Shown here: piece after piece, positions 41,474 to 55,374 of the stretch
How the letters are laid out: each line of letters opens with the position of its first letter
Position numbering within the stretch: the first letter of the stretch is position 1
Assembly: GCA_951406725.2 (NCBI GenBank)
Contig: OX597816.1
Span: forward strand, 21,824,001 to 21,888,000
DNA from: Octopus vulgaris
Taxonomy: Eukaryota
DNA: 64,000 bases
Reading direction: 5' to 3'
Position numbers and translations under genes: made by a program
Notes under the pieces: model-generated
Seen by the model: only the letters and a program-made list of their open reading frames with translations
What the model was told of the DNA's origin: nothing
Databases searched by the model: none

Positions 41474-42250
41474 TTGGCTGATAGGTGGGAGGAGAAACCT
41501 CTGCACGGCAAATATGTGACCCGCAGCAAACAAGCTGATGTTGACCAGAAGCAAACCCATCAGTGGCTGCGGAGCTCGGGGCTAAAAGCAGAGAGCGAAG
41601 GTTTCATCCTGGCTGCTCAAGACCAAAGCCTATTAACCCGGAACTACCAGGCCAATGTGATGAAAAATGGAGCAGACCCAAAATGCCGATTCTGCAACGA
41701 CATGATTGAAACAGTGGACCACCTAATCTCTGGATGTAAAGTCTTAGCACCAGTGGAGTATAAATTAAGACATGACAGAGTTGGCCAATATCTCCACTGG
41801 CTAATAAGTCGGCATTACAATATCAAAACTGCCGACAAGTGGTATAATCACCACCCTGAGGCTGTAACTGAAGGAGAAAATGTAACCATTCTGTGGGACT
41901 TTCCAGTACATACAGACCGAACCATCAAGGCCAATAAACCAGATATTGTTGTGAAAGACCAAAACAATAAAGTTTGCTTATTGATCGACATGAGCATCCC
42001 CTGTGATCATAATATCTCAGCGAAAGAGTTTGACAAGCTCAGAAAATATAAAGACCTACTCATTGAAATTGAGAAAATGTGGCATCTCAAGGCGGTTACA
42101 ATACCAGTGATCGTAGGAGCACTAGGAATGATCAAGAAGGGAACCGAAAATTATATGAGAATGATCCCTGGCTTACCATCCCTGCAAGAAGTGCAAAAGA
42201 TTGTCTTAACTGGTACATCACACGTATTGAGAAGAGCATTGTCGATGTGA
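41474..42250 (+). pseudogene. Zinc knuckle plus restriction-like endonuclease of Dong/R4 element
   Basis: CRFC..ETVDHLISGC, RHD, KPDIVV..LLID, K..KY, VIVGALG. Confidence 0.93.
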
Positions 42251-42430
42251 GAACTGTTGCTGCTCATGTATTTTAATTTAACTTAAAAAAAAAAAAAAAA
42301 AAAAAAAAAATGAACGAACTACTGAGTTTGGTTTAATGGCCTACCAATATACACTATGAGTTTCTTTGCCCTAGGAGTCGGGAAGACACTCGGCAAGAAA
42401 TGGAAGAAAATTTGAATGAAGAAAAAAAAA

Positions 42431-42431
<1 letters not shown>

Positions 42432-42479
<48 letters not shown>

Positions 42480-42510
42480 TAATAATATATGATATTAATA
42501 ATAATAATAA
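42432..42510. repeat. (TAA)n tract at the 3' end of the Dong/R4 element
   Basis: Direct inspection. Confidence 0.9.
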
Positions 42511-42611
42511 CTACCTGGACCCGTGAAAAATTCACAGAAAGCACAAAAAATGTAAGCATCTGTAAATTGTGTAATGGAACCATAAGAAATTTCACTCTAT
42601 AGTGACAGTTA

Positions 42612-42825
42612 AAGACGGCGAGCTGGCAGAATCGTTAGCATGCCGTCAAAATGCTTAGTGTTATTTCGTCTGCCTTTACGTTCTGAGTTCAAATTCTGCC
42701 GAGGTCGATTTTCCCTTTCATCCTTTCGGGGTCTATAACTTAAGTACCAGTTGCGTACTGGGGTCGGTCTAATTGACTGGCCCTCTCCCCGCAAAATTTC
42801 AGGATTTTTGCCCATCGTAGAAAAG
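42612..42825 (+). mobile_element. SINE family B monomer (second tail type)
   Basis: Family B head and body ending ggccctctccccgcaaaatttcagg. Confidence 0.85.
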
Positions 42826-42984
42826 TAGGTTGCGACAGTTACAGAATATAGTAAAATGGGTAAAACCGATACTATGTAAACCAACGAAAATATCTGTTAA
42901 GCACACGTAAGCAGAATTACTATTTAGCCTTAAAATACATCGTATATATTTTTGGTTTAGTGGTAGGGAACGTTTTTCTCGTAT

Positions 42985-43200
42985 TCCTTTATTCTTTTAC
43001 TTGTTTCAGGCGCTTGACGGTTGATGGAGCACCAACCCATTAGTCGAAGAAACGGACCCCTGGACATATTCCCTGTAAGCATGGTACTTATTCTACCAGG
43101 TAAGTTACAGGGACGCAAACACACCGACATCGGTTGGGAGGCAATGGTGATGGTGGGACAAACACAGACGCAAACACACATACACACACAGATATAGGCA
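42985..43200 (-). mobile_element. SINE family A, degraded 3' half
   Basis: ttcttttacttgtttcag..ggagcacc..aagttacagggacgcaaacacacc. Confidence 0.6.
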
Positions 43201-43373
43201 TACACACACGCGAGCTCGCGCATAAAAAATAACTGGAAAAATCCTGACGAATACAGTAAAATTTTAACTTGACAGAAAACATAGAAAGAGAAAGCTATTT
43301 TTAGTTCCACAACGTCACACTTATTATCACGCGCGCACATACACACGCGCACAAACATTCATATATATATATG

Positions 43374-43421
<48 letters not shown>

Positions 43422-44444
43422 GTATGTATAAAACAAAGTAAAGTTGTAAGGTACCGCACGGGTGGAAATATATATGAAAGAAGCTTTCATATATATAGAT
43501 GTTCAATCACATTTTAGAAAAAGATTGTCAAAAGTAAAATGTAAAGCTTTGTATAAGCTTTGTTGTGTTAAGTACTGGTTATCAGAAAATTATTAAAATA
43601 CAGATATACATTCTTTGATAATAATAAGAAAATGTTAAAAACAGTTTACAAGAAAGTATTTAAGAATGTATTCAGAACGGGACTCCAAAATTAATATGAG
43701 TTCAATAAAAATCATGTTTGTCTGGTAGTATATACACAGCAGATATATTTATGAATTTACAAAAGATTGTAGAGGAATAACTGACCTGTTTTTCTCACAT
43801 TTTGTCTTGTCTGTAGCTAAGGAATATCTGTAAGTGTGTGCCTTTTAGTTTTTATTTACTCATACACATCAACAAATGAGTCAATTGAACAACCCTGTGT
43901 GGTTGTTCAATTTGCTAGAAATAACAGCCAAATCTGTCTCATACTATGCTCTTGTTAGTATTAAGGAAAGGGATGAAATAGAATTAATATTTTTGAATCG
44001 GATCTTTGAATTTAATTTTTTTAAATGATTTCGACCATTACGTGATACAAGAAAGAAGAAATTGGAAAAATCCTTATCAAAACAGAGAAATTATAACTAG
44101 ATAAAAATAGAGAAAGATAAAGAAAAGGTTGTATTCGAAAACCAAAAGATATTTTTTAGCTGAGGCGTAATTTTATAATCAAAAAAATTCAAAATCTAAA
44201 TTACCGAACACAAGACTTAACATGTTATCTGGTGTGTGGCCGAATTCAAATCGATAGAATACCTAACACAAATGTGTGTGAGTTTGTGTGTGGTTGGGCC
44301 TTTAATAGCCAAGGATCAATTTCAGTTCAATCGTAGAAAGGAGTTCATATACTTATCAGCCACTCCGTCTCACTCCCTCTCTTTCTCTCACTTTCACTCT
44401 CCCTTGTTCGACATACGAGTCAAATTTCAGTATTTCAATTTTCT

Positions 44445-44748
44445 CATTACGATCGTTGCTGGTTCGGTGGTCCTGTTGTCATTGGGTTCATTACCAACCA
44501 ATCTGAAAAAAAAACATTTGAAAACTCTAGAAATACCTTACAGTCTATGTGTATTGCGAAAGTCGGCACTATTTGGAACTGCACGCATATTGCGTAAAGT
44601 AGTGTCTGTCTGAGGTCCTTGTTGTGACTTGACAAACAACACAATCCCCTGGTAGACACAATATTTTCAATCAACAATATTGTATAATGTGCGACATGTA
44701 TAATAACAGTAATAATAATAATAATAATAATAATGATAATAATAATAA
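44445..44748 (+). mobile_element. Dong/R4-clade 3' fragment (second subfamily)
   Basis: LGSLPTNLKKKHLKTLEI..KSALFGTARILRKVVSV* resembles the C-terminus of the 41474 ORF; followed by (TAA)n. Confidence 0.75.
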
Positions 44749-44779
44749 TTGTTTCTTTTAGGCATTCACTAGTACAACA

Positions 44780-45017
<238 letters not shown>

Positions 45018-45086
45018 TTAATAATAATAACAATAATCATAATAATACTGTAGCTGCTGCTACTGCCCCTCCTACTCCTCCTCTTC

Positions 45087-45129
<43 letters not shown>

Positions 45130-46609
45130 AAATACTCTCCATTCCTGAATGAAAAAGGTCAATTGCACTTTTTTGTTACCACCTATTTCCCCTCTTGTTT
45201 TTTTTTCCCGTTTGTCATTTACTTTCAATCTCCTCATCCTTTATATTTCTATTATCCCTTGTCTCCTGTCTGTTTCACTTTAATTATTTTTACACCCAAC
45301 GTTTACAGCAACAATTTCCTTATTATTCTCCTTATTAGCTTTCTTCGAATTCCTTAAATCACTCGCCACCCTGCTGCAGTTTGAGCAATCATCTCTCACA
45401 CGAATGCATTTTTTTTTAATCTTTTCATTGTGCATTGTACTTTACTGCTTTCTCTCTCTCTCTGAATTTCTCCTTCATCGTCTCTCTCTCTCTCTCACCA
45501 CTCCTCTCCTCCGCTTTCTATACAATACAATCATTTTCTATCACCCCTTTCCTTTTCTCTTCTTTAAATCCACCTCCAGAATCTTCCGTCTCTGGATATC
45601 ACACTCGTTCTCAACTCCCGGCCTACATTTCTCTTCCAGTATCTCTTAAAATAATTACATTCAAAGAAATTACCGAAATGATCTGCGGATGAAATGTGAA
45701 ACACCATTATCAATTATATCATTCTTTAGAATTAAACAAGTTAACCTCTCAGCAAAGTGAATAAATAATGAAATCAGAGAAGTATCGAATTGCCTAACAC
45801 TTACACACTCACAGACTTACTTGCAGGACACCCACACACTCATACACACACGCGCTGCACACACACATACACACGCCCACACACAAAATATACACACAGA
45901 TGTTCGCGTGTACATACACAAACAAATTGCAACAAATGATTTTGAAGTTAGCAAATGTTCACGACTCCAAAACAATTCGCAAAAAAAAATAAAATTGCCT
46001 TTTTCGAATGAATCTTCTATAAGCTATATACGTAAACATTGTTTTTTTAATCCAAACCATTGCAAGTTATAAGACCTAATACAAGTCGACAGTACTTTTA
46101 ATTTGAATTTAAAGATTTCCCAGGTGGGGAATAGGGCATCCTTTGTCGTTTATTAGCTTCAGTCATTCTATTGCGGTGACGCATCCAAATCTCTTTCATA
46201 CTATGCTCTCGTTAGTATTAAGGAAAAGGAAAAAATAGAATCAATATTTTTGATTTTGTTCGGCTCTATGAATTTAATTTTTTTTAATGTTTTCGTCCAT
46301 TTTCCGATAGAAGAAAAACAAATTGGAAACATCCTGACCAAAACAGAGAAATTATAACTCAAAAAATATAGTAAGAGAAAGAAATGGTTGCATTCGAAAG
46401 CCAAAAGAACAAACCGACCACAGTACTTACGATTTTGTCTTAAAACTCTGGAACTTTGTCATCGGTTCTTTGGCCGAGCTGGCAATTTTTAAAGACCTAA
46501 AGAAACCAACATACATTGTAACACGGTGGGGCCGTGACAAACATGGGCACTCGCGCAAGCGCATAGTTATGCCTTTGAGTGTGTGTATGTGTGCGCACGT
46601 ATATATATA

Positions 46610-46650
<41 letters not shown>

Positions 46651-47026
46651 GGATGTGTGCATTTTTCCCTTGTTTACAATTAACACGGAATAAAATGGAT
46701 AAACAGTTACCAGGGGACCAAAAAATCACACAATAAGGACGTCACCCTGTTTGTAAAGGTAGAAACTCCGGGTTGATGTAAAATGTTTTGTGTAATATAT
46801 ATAAATAAATAAATGGAGTTAAACGCAGGTGTTATTCAAATACTTTTACTTCCGACACATGTTTGGAAGACAACAATTATATTATTCCAAAAGAATAAAA
46901 TGGTGTAAAACAATGTAATATTCTCATCAGGGAAAGAAAGAATGAAACCAGACTCGTGAATAAGACATTTTAACAGAATTTTATGGATGTGTATAATGAT
47001 TAACGGAGCGCTATTAAGTCTTTTAA

Positions 47027-47197
47027 TTGATTCTCTCCATTTCATTAGCATATGATAAAGGCAAAGAATTCTGCAAAACCTGTAATGCTGAACTATTTTC
47101 TATTCTGTTTTCTACGAAACCCCTTGTAAACACGGTCATAGAGCGTGCTTATCGATGTAAACATTGGCAAAAACATACCTTTGGTTCATATAAGTGA
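47027..47197 (+). pseudogene. Penelope-like GIY-YIG endonuclease C-terminal fragment
   Basis: LILSISLAYDKGKEFCKTCNAELFSILFSTKPLVNTVIERAYRCKHWQK fits the CxxCxxE..LxN..E..CxH..K pattern. Confidence 0.7.
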
Positions 47198-47549
47198 TAT
47201 CTACCATTATATATAATTTAAACATTGATTTTCTTCTTACATTTCACTTCCACTCGATATATCTTTTTCCAAGCCTTCAAGCATTTATTTAATTCACATA
47301 TCGCTTTATATTTCTCCTTTATTACTTTTCTGCTTATTTATTTCCTTTAACCCTCCTCTTTCTATAGGCTCCCTTTGACGTTATATCCTCTAACGTTTTT
47401 AAAAAACACTTAATAGCGTTCAGTTCATCATTATACACATCCATCACATTCTGTTAAATTCTCTTATTGATGAGTTTGGTGTATTTTTTCTTTCTCTAGT
47501 GAGAAGATTAAATTGTTTCACACCATTTTATTCCTTTGGAATAATATGT

Positions 47550-47720
47550 TTCTTTATTACCCACAAGAGGCTAAACATAGAGGGGACAAACAAGGACACA
47601 CAAACGAATTAAGTGGATTACATCGACCCCAGTGCGTAACTGGTATTTAATTTATCGACCCCGAAAGGATGAAAGGTAAAGTCGACCTCGTCGAAATTTA
47701 AACTCAGAACGTAATGGCAG
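47550..47720 (-). mobile_element. SINE family B inserted in the pLTR
   Basis: Family B motifs. Confidence 0.85.
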
Positions 47721-47878
47721 GATGTCTTCGAAACATGTGTCGGAAGTAAAAGAATATAAATAACACTTGCGTTTAACTCCATTTATATATATATCGAAAG
47801 GGAGTCTAACACCAGTCCTTCCGTAGCATTTACATCGCCTAACCTGCCTTCTGGGTCCTCTGCATACCAAAACGTCTC

Positions 47879-47916
<38 letters not shown>

Positions 47917-47959
47917 ATGTGTGTGTGTGTGTATGTGTATGTGTGTGTGTGCGTATGTT

Positions 47960-48172
47960 TGTGTGTCTGTGCTTGCGCCACCTCCCCAACGTCGTTTGAC
48001 AACCGATGCTGGTGTGTTTACGTCCCCGTAACTTAGCGGTTCGGCAAAACAAACCTATAGAATAAGTACTGAGCTTACAAAGAATAAGTCCTGGGGTCGA
48101 TTTGCACGACTAAAGGTGGTGCTCCAGCCTGGCCACAGTCAAATGACAGGAACAAGTAAAAGATTAAAAGAG
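47960..48172 (+). mobile_element. SINE family A 3' half
   Basis: gacaaccgatgctggtgtgtttacgtccccg..caagtaaaaga. Confidence 0.85.
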
Positions 48173-49004
48173 TAACATTTACAAATTCTGTTTTCTGACT
48201 AGGTAAAAATGATCAAACCTTAAACCTCTGTAAAACTTTCCGAAAAATTTTTCTCGAATAAATAATCCCAAAGTCGGATTCAGCGTGACAAGGTACATCA
48301 ACATAGCAAATTTGAAACCTTTAGTTTAATATACAAAATTTTAAGTCTATAACATTTTAAAATCTCTCTTTCACTTTTCACTAATCCCATGGTAATCCCT
48401 CTCATTATATATTACTACTCTCTTTCCCCTCTCTTTCTCTCTCTTTTTCTCTCTCTCACTCACACACTACTAAAGAATAGAGCTCACACCGTCTGAGTGT
48501 GTGTGTGTCTGTGTTTTGTCAATGTTTGTGTATCCATGTGTGTAAAAATGTTCATTAAGGTGACACAGCGATTTTAAAATGGTATGTAAGAGAAAATTTA
48601 TTTTGATAGCATACTTTTCTTTAACTCAATGTTTTTTTTCTTACAAACACTTGCTCGTCTGTTGCGGGATTGGGAATTAAAAATTCAAATTACATTTTTT
48701 TGTTTTTGTTGTTTCTCAGTCCCAGCAGTGGATCTGCGCAACACTATTCCATAAAATGTGTTTATGGTGAGAAAAATGTCTAGAAACATTTATATACGTG
48801 ACAAAAGAAAAACAGGAACGGACCAGGTGCTAGAAACATCAGCTAAATCTGCTTTAAATCACAGCTCTTTTCGTCTCAAAATTAGTTTGAAATTATAAAG
48901 AAAAAGAAATCGCAGATTCGGATTGTCAGTATATTAAAATTGTAATTGAAAAAGATTTCGAGAAAAAACCTGGCGTTAATGAAAACGTTAAAAAAATTCC
49001 ACTC

Positions 49005-49450
49005 TTTTCTTACCTTCTAAGCTTCAGCTGAGAATTGTGGCCATGCTGGGGCACCGCCGTTTTGCTACACTCTTATTATTGAGAGGCTCCTCTAATATGT
49101 GACATATGGTGAAGAAGGGAGTTTATGTCATTATCCTCATTTGCATTTCTTTCTAAGACGTAAGTTCATCTAGGACTCTCAACAGGAAAAGGTCTAGTTT
49201 TGATTTGTAAACACCTACGTCAACTTCGTGTAGGTCCCTCAGGCTCTTTGGGAGAATATTAAAAATTTGTGGGCCTCTCAAAGCCAGGCTGTTGCAGTAA
49301 CTGGTCCTGAAGCGCGATGACATTTTTGGGATCTTTGGCACTGTGGAGTGTCGACCCGTTCTGGCATTTATGTAGCTTTCAATGACAGACTTTGGCACAA
49401 TTCATTCCAGGATCTTCCAAATATATATTACTGCTTACCTCTCCCGTCTA
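49005..49450 (-). pseudogene. CR1-like LINE 3' fragment
   Basis: RTSYCNSLALRGPQIFNILPKSLRDLH..KSKLDLFL..DELTS; tail ggcggtgccccagcatggccac. Confidence 0.8.
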
Positions 49451-49957
49451 GTTTATAAATTATGTTTCATTTTATGTTTGAAAATAAAGTCAGTAGGTAT
49501 TTTTATGGTTATCACCGACTTTTAATTTTTTTCTTTAAACTTCGAGGCTTTTCCCATCCTTTTTGAGTGTCTAGTGCCAAAACTTTGGCCAAAATCGGTA
49601 CTAAGTTGAGGACGGGGTTAGGAAAACAAAACAAATCAGAAATTATCAAGACTTATTTTTTTATCGAAAAGGCATTTCCCATCGTTGTTAACTGCGTAGT
49701 GGAAATAAAAATTGGATAAAATCGGTCCGCAAAGGAGTGAGAGACGAATTTATAAATTCTCAGTCATTATTTTTGCATAAAAAAAATTTCCCCTAACATT
49801 TACTAGGGTGCCGTGAAAAAATAATTTGAAAATTCCTCGTCAAAAAAAAATTCCAGTTATACTATTCTGCAAGAGTCTTGTTGTGAAAATTACTCGGCTA
49901 CGACGAGATACCCTGCTACTCTGCTTATGCATATACGTATATATATATAAACGTATA

Positions 49958-50153
49958 CTGTGTACGATGGGTAAATTGTCACCATCTTACATTTTTTATT
50001 TCACGCATGCGCTTTGACTGTATCTGACTTTGTCGACTACACAGTATAGCAGTGTCAGTTCGGCAGTTTTGTAAATTAATGTAGATAGAACAAACAACGC
50101 GCATATGTGAAGTGAAAAATATAAAATGGCGACAATTTACTCATCGCATCCTA
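49958..50153. mobile_element. Tc1/mariner-type MITE
   Basis: About 55-bp imperfect TIRs (cgatgggtaaattgtcaccat / atggcgacaatttactcatcg), TA flanks. Confidence 0.7.
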
Positions 50154-50771
50154 TATATCTACATGTGTGCGTGTGTGTCTTTGCATATGTGTGTGCGCGC
50201 GCGTATTTGTGTGTGTATGTATGTGTGAGTGTAGATATATAGATAGATTGATATGTACCGCTGAGGCGTGAATAAAATAATAAATGTATTTAAGTCAAAT
50301 TAGCATTTTAGCGAGGAATATTAAAAGAATCGCTTATGCTAAATACTAATATATAACTTAAAAATTAAAATAAAATATAAGAATATGGAAAATGTCAATA
50401 ATCAGAATGGAAGCAATTTCAGTAGAATTATTTGTAGTAGTAGCAGTAATATTTTCAATATATTCCCAAGCTGATAAATGGGTTTCAAACGTATGAAAGA
50501 TCTCTTGGGAGATAATTTACCTTTCAAACATTTATGAATGCAATAAAAATTGAAAAACATACCACATTTTTTTACTTAAAAGTTCTTCCCAGAAAGCGTT
50601 ATATTTTGACTAAGTAATTTTTCAGATATTCAACAATACACAAACTTTTTTTCGTACATACTGGAAAATATATAGACGTAAGCACACTCATGTAAATACA
50701 CCTCCCACCGCGACCTGCGCACGCATAGAGATGTACGGATATAGGCATTTGTATAGTTTTCACACACATGC

Positions 50772-50882
<111 letters not shown>

Positions 50883-50965
50883 TATATATATATATATTTC
50901 TAAATATATATTCATATTTATATAGAGTAGATAGAAAAATAGATATAAATATCTATGTTGGCATC

Positions 50966-51011
<46 letters not shown>

Positions 51012-51153
51012 ACGAAGACAAAGATATCAATGTAACATTAGTTTAATAATAGTTACAATCGTTTCTGTAAAATTTTACTCCATATCACATTTCGTTGTGT
51101 ATGAGTGTGTATGAGTATATGTGTGTGTGTGTTTGTATCTGTGTTAGTGTATC

Positions 51154-52403
51154 TTGGGCGATCCCATAAATAATGCGGTATTTTCAATTGCATGAACTAA
51201 AAGTCGTAGTGGGACGGGATAAACGACCTGCATCAACATAATATATAAAACCAAGCAGGAATTTTACCTTGTACTTATGCGTAGTGGAAGTTTTGAAGAG
51301 TGCTTTTTACATTTTAACAGTTTATTTTATCAAAGCTATAATGGAAGTAACAAAGGTATATTTTGCTTTATGAGTTCAATAAAGACAACAAAGCAACGGA
51401 ATTGGCAAGGAATATTAATGCAGCATATGGGGATATGACAATAAGCGTAAGCCAGTGTCAACGGTGATTCCAGAAATTCTAAGCCGTAATCTACAGCCTA
51501 GAAGACGATCCTCGTCCTGGAAGATCTATAGAGCTCTACGAGGACGTCTTGCATCCCACGTGGAACAGAATCCCATCGTAACTGTTGGGGACCTAGCAGT
51601 GTAGCTTGCATTTGGTCAGTCAACCACTCATCGAAACATGCGTGCCATCTGAGAAGTAGAAAAATGGGTTAATGTGTTCCTCACAAACTTTCCAATTCTG
51701 ATGACGCTAAAGTGTGAATGTGTGCTCTTCTTTGCTGTCACGTCTCAGGAATGAACCTTTTTTCGACCGAAGAGTGACTGGTGACGAGTTATAGGTTCTC
51801 TATAAAAACGTCAAGAGCCGAAGGCAGTGGGTAAGGAAAGGAGAAACGCCGGCACCCCAGGTTAGAGAAGGTCTTCACCCGCAAAAGATGTTGTTATGTG
51901 TTTGGTGGGATATAAATGATGTAATCCACGTTCAAGTTTTAAACCCAAAACAAAAGATAACAAAGGAGATCTACTGCAAGCAGCTTGAGCGGTTTCGGTC
52001 AGCGGTAGAAGAAAAACGACTATCGTTATTTTCAAGGTGTAAGGTGTTCTTCCATAGAAAGAGGATGACATTGAGAGGGCTGGAGCAGTTTGGTTGGGAA
52101 ATAATGCCCCATCGACCATATTTGCCGCACATTGCCCCATCTGATTATCATTTATTCCGCAGTCTTCAATGTCATTTGGGCGAAAAAATTATGAATTCAG
52201 TAGACGATATCAGAACAGTACTGGAGGCGGACTTTTCGTCACGGACAAATGAGTTTTGGAAGAGGGGCTTTGCACGTCTAACAGATAGATGGCAGTGCAT
52301 TGTAGACAATGAAGGAGAATATATTCTAGATTAAAAGAACATGTTTACCTTAATTTTGAAAAATAAAAGCATAAAAAACCGCAATATTAATGGGATGACA
52401 CAA
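51154..52403 (+). mobile_element. Decayed mariner transposon, about 1.25 kb
   Basis: TIRs ttgggcgatcccataaataatgcggt / accgcaatattaatgggatgacacaa; TA on right flank. Confidence 0.9.
51341..52334 (+). pseudogene. Mariner transposase pseudogene
   Basis: ILLYEF, LEDDPRPGR, VPHKL, VTGDE, MLCVWW-like, HRPYLPHIAPSDYHLF; stops and frameshifts. Confidence 0.9.
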
Positions 52404-52407
52404 TACA

Positions 52408-52445
<38 letters not shown>

Positions 52446-52608
52446 GTTTGTTCCTTCTCGAGCTATGCTTGGCTCATAAGAGCAGGTTTCCCGATTTTAT
52501 TGGCGTATAGGTTCCCAACTTAGACGGCACTTGCCTTTCGTCGTAGGTGAACTGCTAGATGCCTGGGGAAAATTGTGGGGAGAGAGTCAGCAGAAGTTCC
52601 CCATTACC
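52446..52608 (-). mobile_element. SINE family C (tail T1), 5'-truncated
   Basis: Matches 10860-11034. Confidence 0.7.
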
Positions 52609-52836
<228 letters not shown>

Positions 52837-52838
52837 TA

Positions 52839-53055
52839 GGCTTGCACATCCCGGAAAGTCCGTGACGATATTTAAAGAAAAGAACAAAGTCAATAAATTG
52901 ACATTTTTACCATTAAGATTATTCTGCGGCGAATAAGTGAATAACTGCTCTAAATGGAGGTGTAATCAAATCCTTTTTTTATGAACACAACCACGATCTA
53001 AAATACGTCGAAAGGTAAGCTACAATAAATCGGCACGAACTTTCCGGACAACCCA
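52839..53055. mobile_element. Mariner-type MITE
   Basis: TIR core ccggaaagtccgtgacgat / atcggcacgaactttccgg; TA flanks. Confidence 0.65.
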
Positions 53056-53089
53056 TATGTATGTATGTATGTATTATATATATATATAT

Positions 53090-53252
53090 ATAGAATGGTT
53101 GTATACTGTCAATCTAACAAGAACGTGACAGTAGGGGGTACACCACTGCTGTATAGCCCTAGGAAGCGTTCGATGCTTCCTAGGGCTATACAGCGGTGGT
53201 GTACCCCCTACTGTCAGGTTCTTGTTAGATTGACAGTATACAACCATTCTAT
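53090..53252. repeat. Near-perfect palindrome, 78-bp arms, 7-nt loop
   Basis: Two mismatches between arms. Confidence 0.95.
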
Positions 53253-53303
53253 CGCCCCACCACCGTACATGTCTCTACGAGAGATTTAGAAATTCAATAT
53301 TTC

Positions 53304-53367
<64 letters not shown>

Positions 53368-53390
53368 ATATATATATATATGTGTATATA

Positions 53391-53443
<53 letters not shown>

Positions 53444-53880
53444 TCTTCCATCTTTCAAATGGTATACTCCATTTCCTATGTATCTTTTGCACTTTCGACG
53501 GCTATATTTTTCTTGCATTTAAATGCTTTACCCGATAGATTTCCACTTCATTTGGCTGTATTTTTGTTGAAGCTTTTCAGTTTGTGTTTGCGTAGGTAAC
53601 AGTAGATTTGTGGAAGTGACAGCGCGTTTGCGTAGGCGACTTCTGAGACTAGTAAAGTATGTACGGCATTCGATGTCATAAAAGGCTCTCGGGAATGCAA
53701 CGCGCAATATAATTTCATCAGTGCGTATTCAGGAGGAAATGTTTTTAGCGCATTAAAGCATGTAATGTTTAAAGCAATCTAACACTGCATTGCAAAACAT
53801 CACAAACTATCATAACGCCGATCCATCAATCCGATATTTCTTATTACAGGACAAGAAATAATAATATTGTGTTAGGAAAT

Positions 53881-54092
<212 letters not shown>

Positions 54093-54670
54093 CATTGCTT
54101 CGTGACACTGTAGGTAAAAATGCACCGGAGACAGACAATTTTTTCCTTAAGATGTGTGTTGTGCCCAAAAAGACTGGCATAGATAAGTGTGTAGTATTAG
54201 TCATGAGAAGAGGTCAGTTAGCCAATAGCGAAGACATCCAATTACCAGGTCTCCAGATATTAAAATTATTGAAAGGAGAGAGTTATAAGTATATAGGAGT
54301 ATTAGAATTTGACAGAATAACAGCTATTGAGAAGAAGTACATCAGAAGGGTAAGGAATTATGCAAATCAAAAGAGGGAATTTTTACTCATATAGTAAGTG
54401 AATGTAGCATGCTGGCACAGAAAGAATACAAGAACTGACATGACTATCTAGGGAGAGTAATCCACTGGGAGTTATGTAGAAAGATATGATTTTACCATAC
54501 TGAAAACGGTATGACCTTGAACCTAGTAAATTGCTAGAAAGTAAGAAATATAAGATCATGTAGAACTTTAATGTGGGACTTTAATATTCAGACTGACAGA
54601 GTAATAGAAGCTGGAAGGCCTGATTACTAGACAAAGTAATAGAAAAAAATGCCAGTTAATTTACTTTGAA
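54093..54670. mobile_element. Dong/R4 remnant with internal inversion
   Basis: Minus VFLGTTHILRKKLSV next to (TAA)n; plus GIDKC..ESYKYIGVLE and WDFNIQTDRVIEAGRPD. Confidence 0.75.
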
Positions 54671-54679
54671 GATAACAAA

Positions 54680-55343
54680 AATCGCTACATTTTTCTCCCT
54701 CACTTACAGACTCAGTGTGGTGATTTTACCATTTGTTAGCAGTTTGACTTTTATAATGCCGACATAGTATCCAGTATAGATATTGGCCAAATCTATCATG
54801 TCTAGATTTATATTCTATAAGTACTAAAACCTTACAGAGATTGGGTGATCCACTGTTTCAATCTCATCGTTGCAGTATCGGCATTTTGGGTCTATTCCAT
54901 TTTCTTCACGTTGGCTTTGTAGTTCGGGGTTAATAAACGCTGATCTTCAGCAGCAGCCAACATAAAGCCTTCGTACTGTGCCTTTAGTTCTGAGCTCCGT
55001 GGCCACAGATGAGTGTGGTTCTGGTCCACATCAGCTTGTTTGCTACGGGCCATAGTTTAGCCATGCAGATGTGTTTTGCTCTCACCCATCAGCCAATTGT
55101 CCAAACGCTTTTTGCTATGCCATTGGTTTCATATTCTTTACAACTTCAGTTGCTGCACTTCCATCATTCTGTTCAACCTGGTTATCATGTATGAGCTCAT
55201 TCGCAAATTTTTTGCCCTTCTTCATGACTAAATAAAGCTTCTCTCGTGGTTTTCAACGAGTTTTAGCATCCAATCGTTATACGTTTCAAGATATTTGGCG
55301 ACCTTTCCAGTTGTAATAGATTTCAAATTGGACTAAGTCTCGA
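54680..55343 (-). pseudogene. Dong/R4 fragment homologous to 41210-41890
   Basis: Minus reads RSKQADVDQNHTHLWPRSSELKAQYEGFMLAA..NYKANV; nucleotide similarity to the main element. Confidence 0.85.
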
Positions 55344-55374
55344 CTTCAAAAGTGTTGCATAAAAGTTACCAGTA

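Larger units (their letters stand above)
46803..47783 (+). mobile_element. 5'-truncated Penelope-like element with inverted pLTR
   Basis: 46803-47022 is the reverse complement of 47408-47783 (minus the SINE); ORF tail in between; hammerhead motif in the pLTR. Confidence 0.8.
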
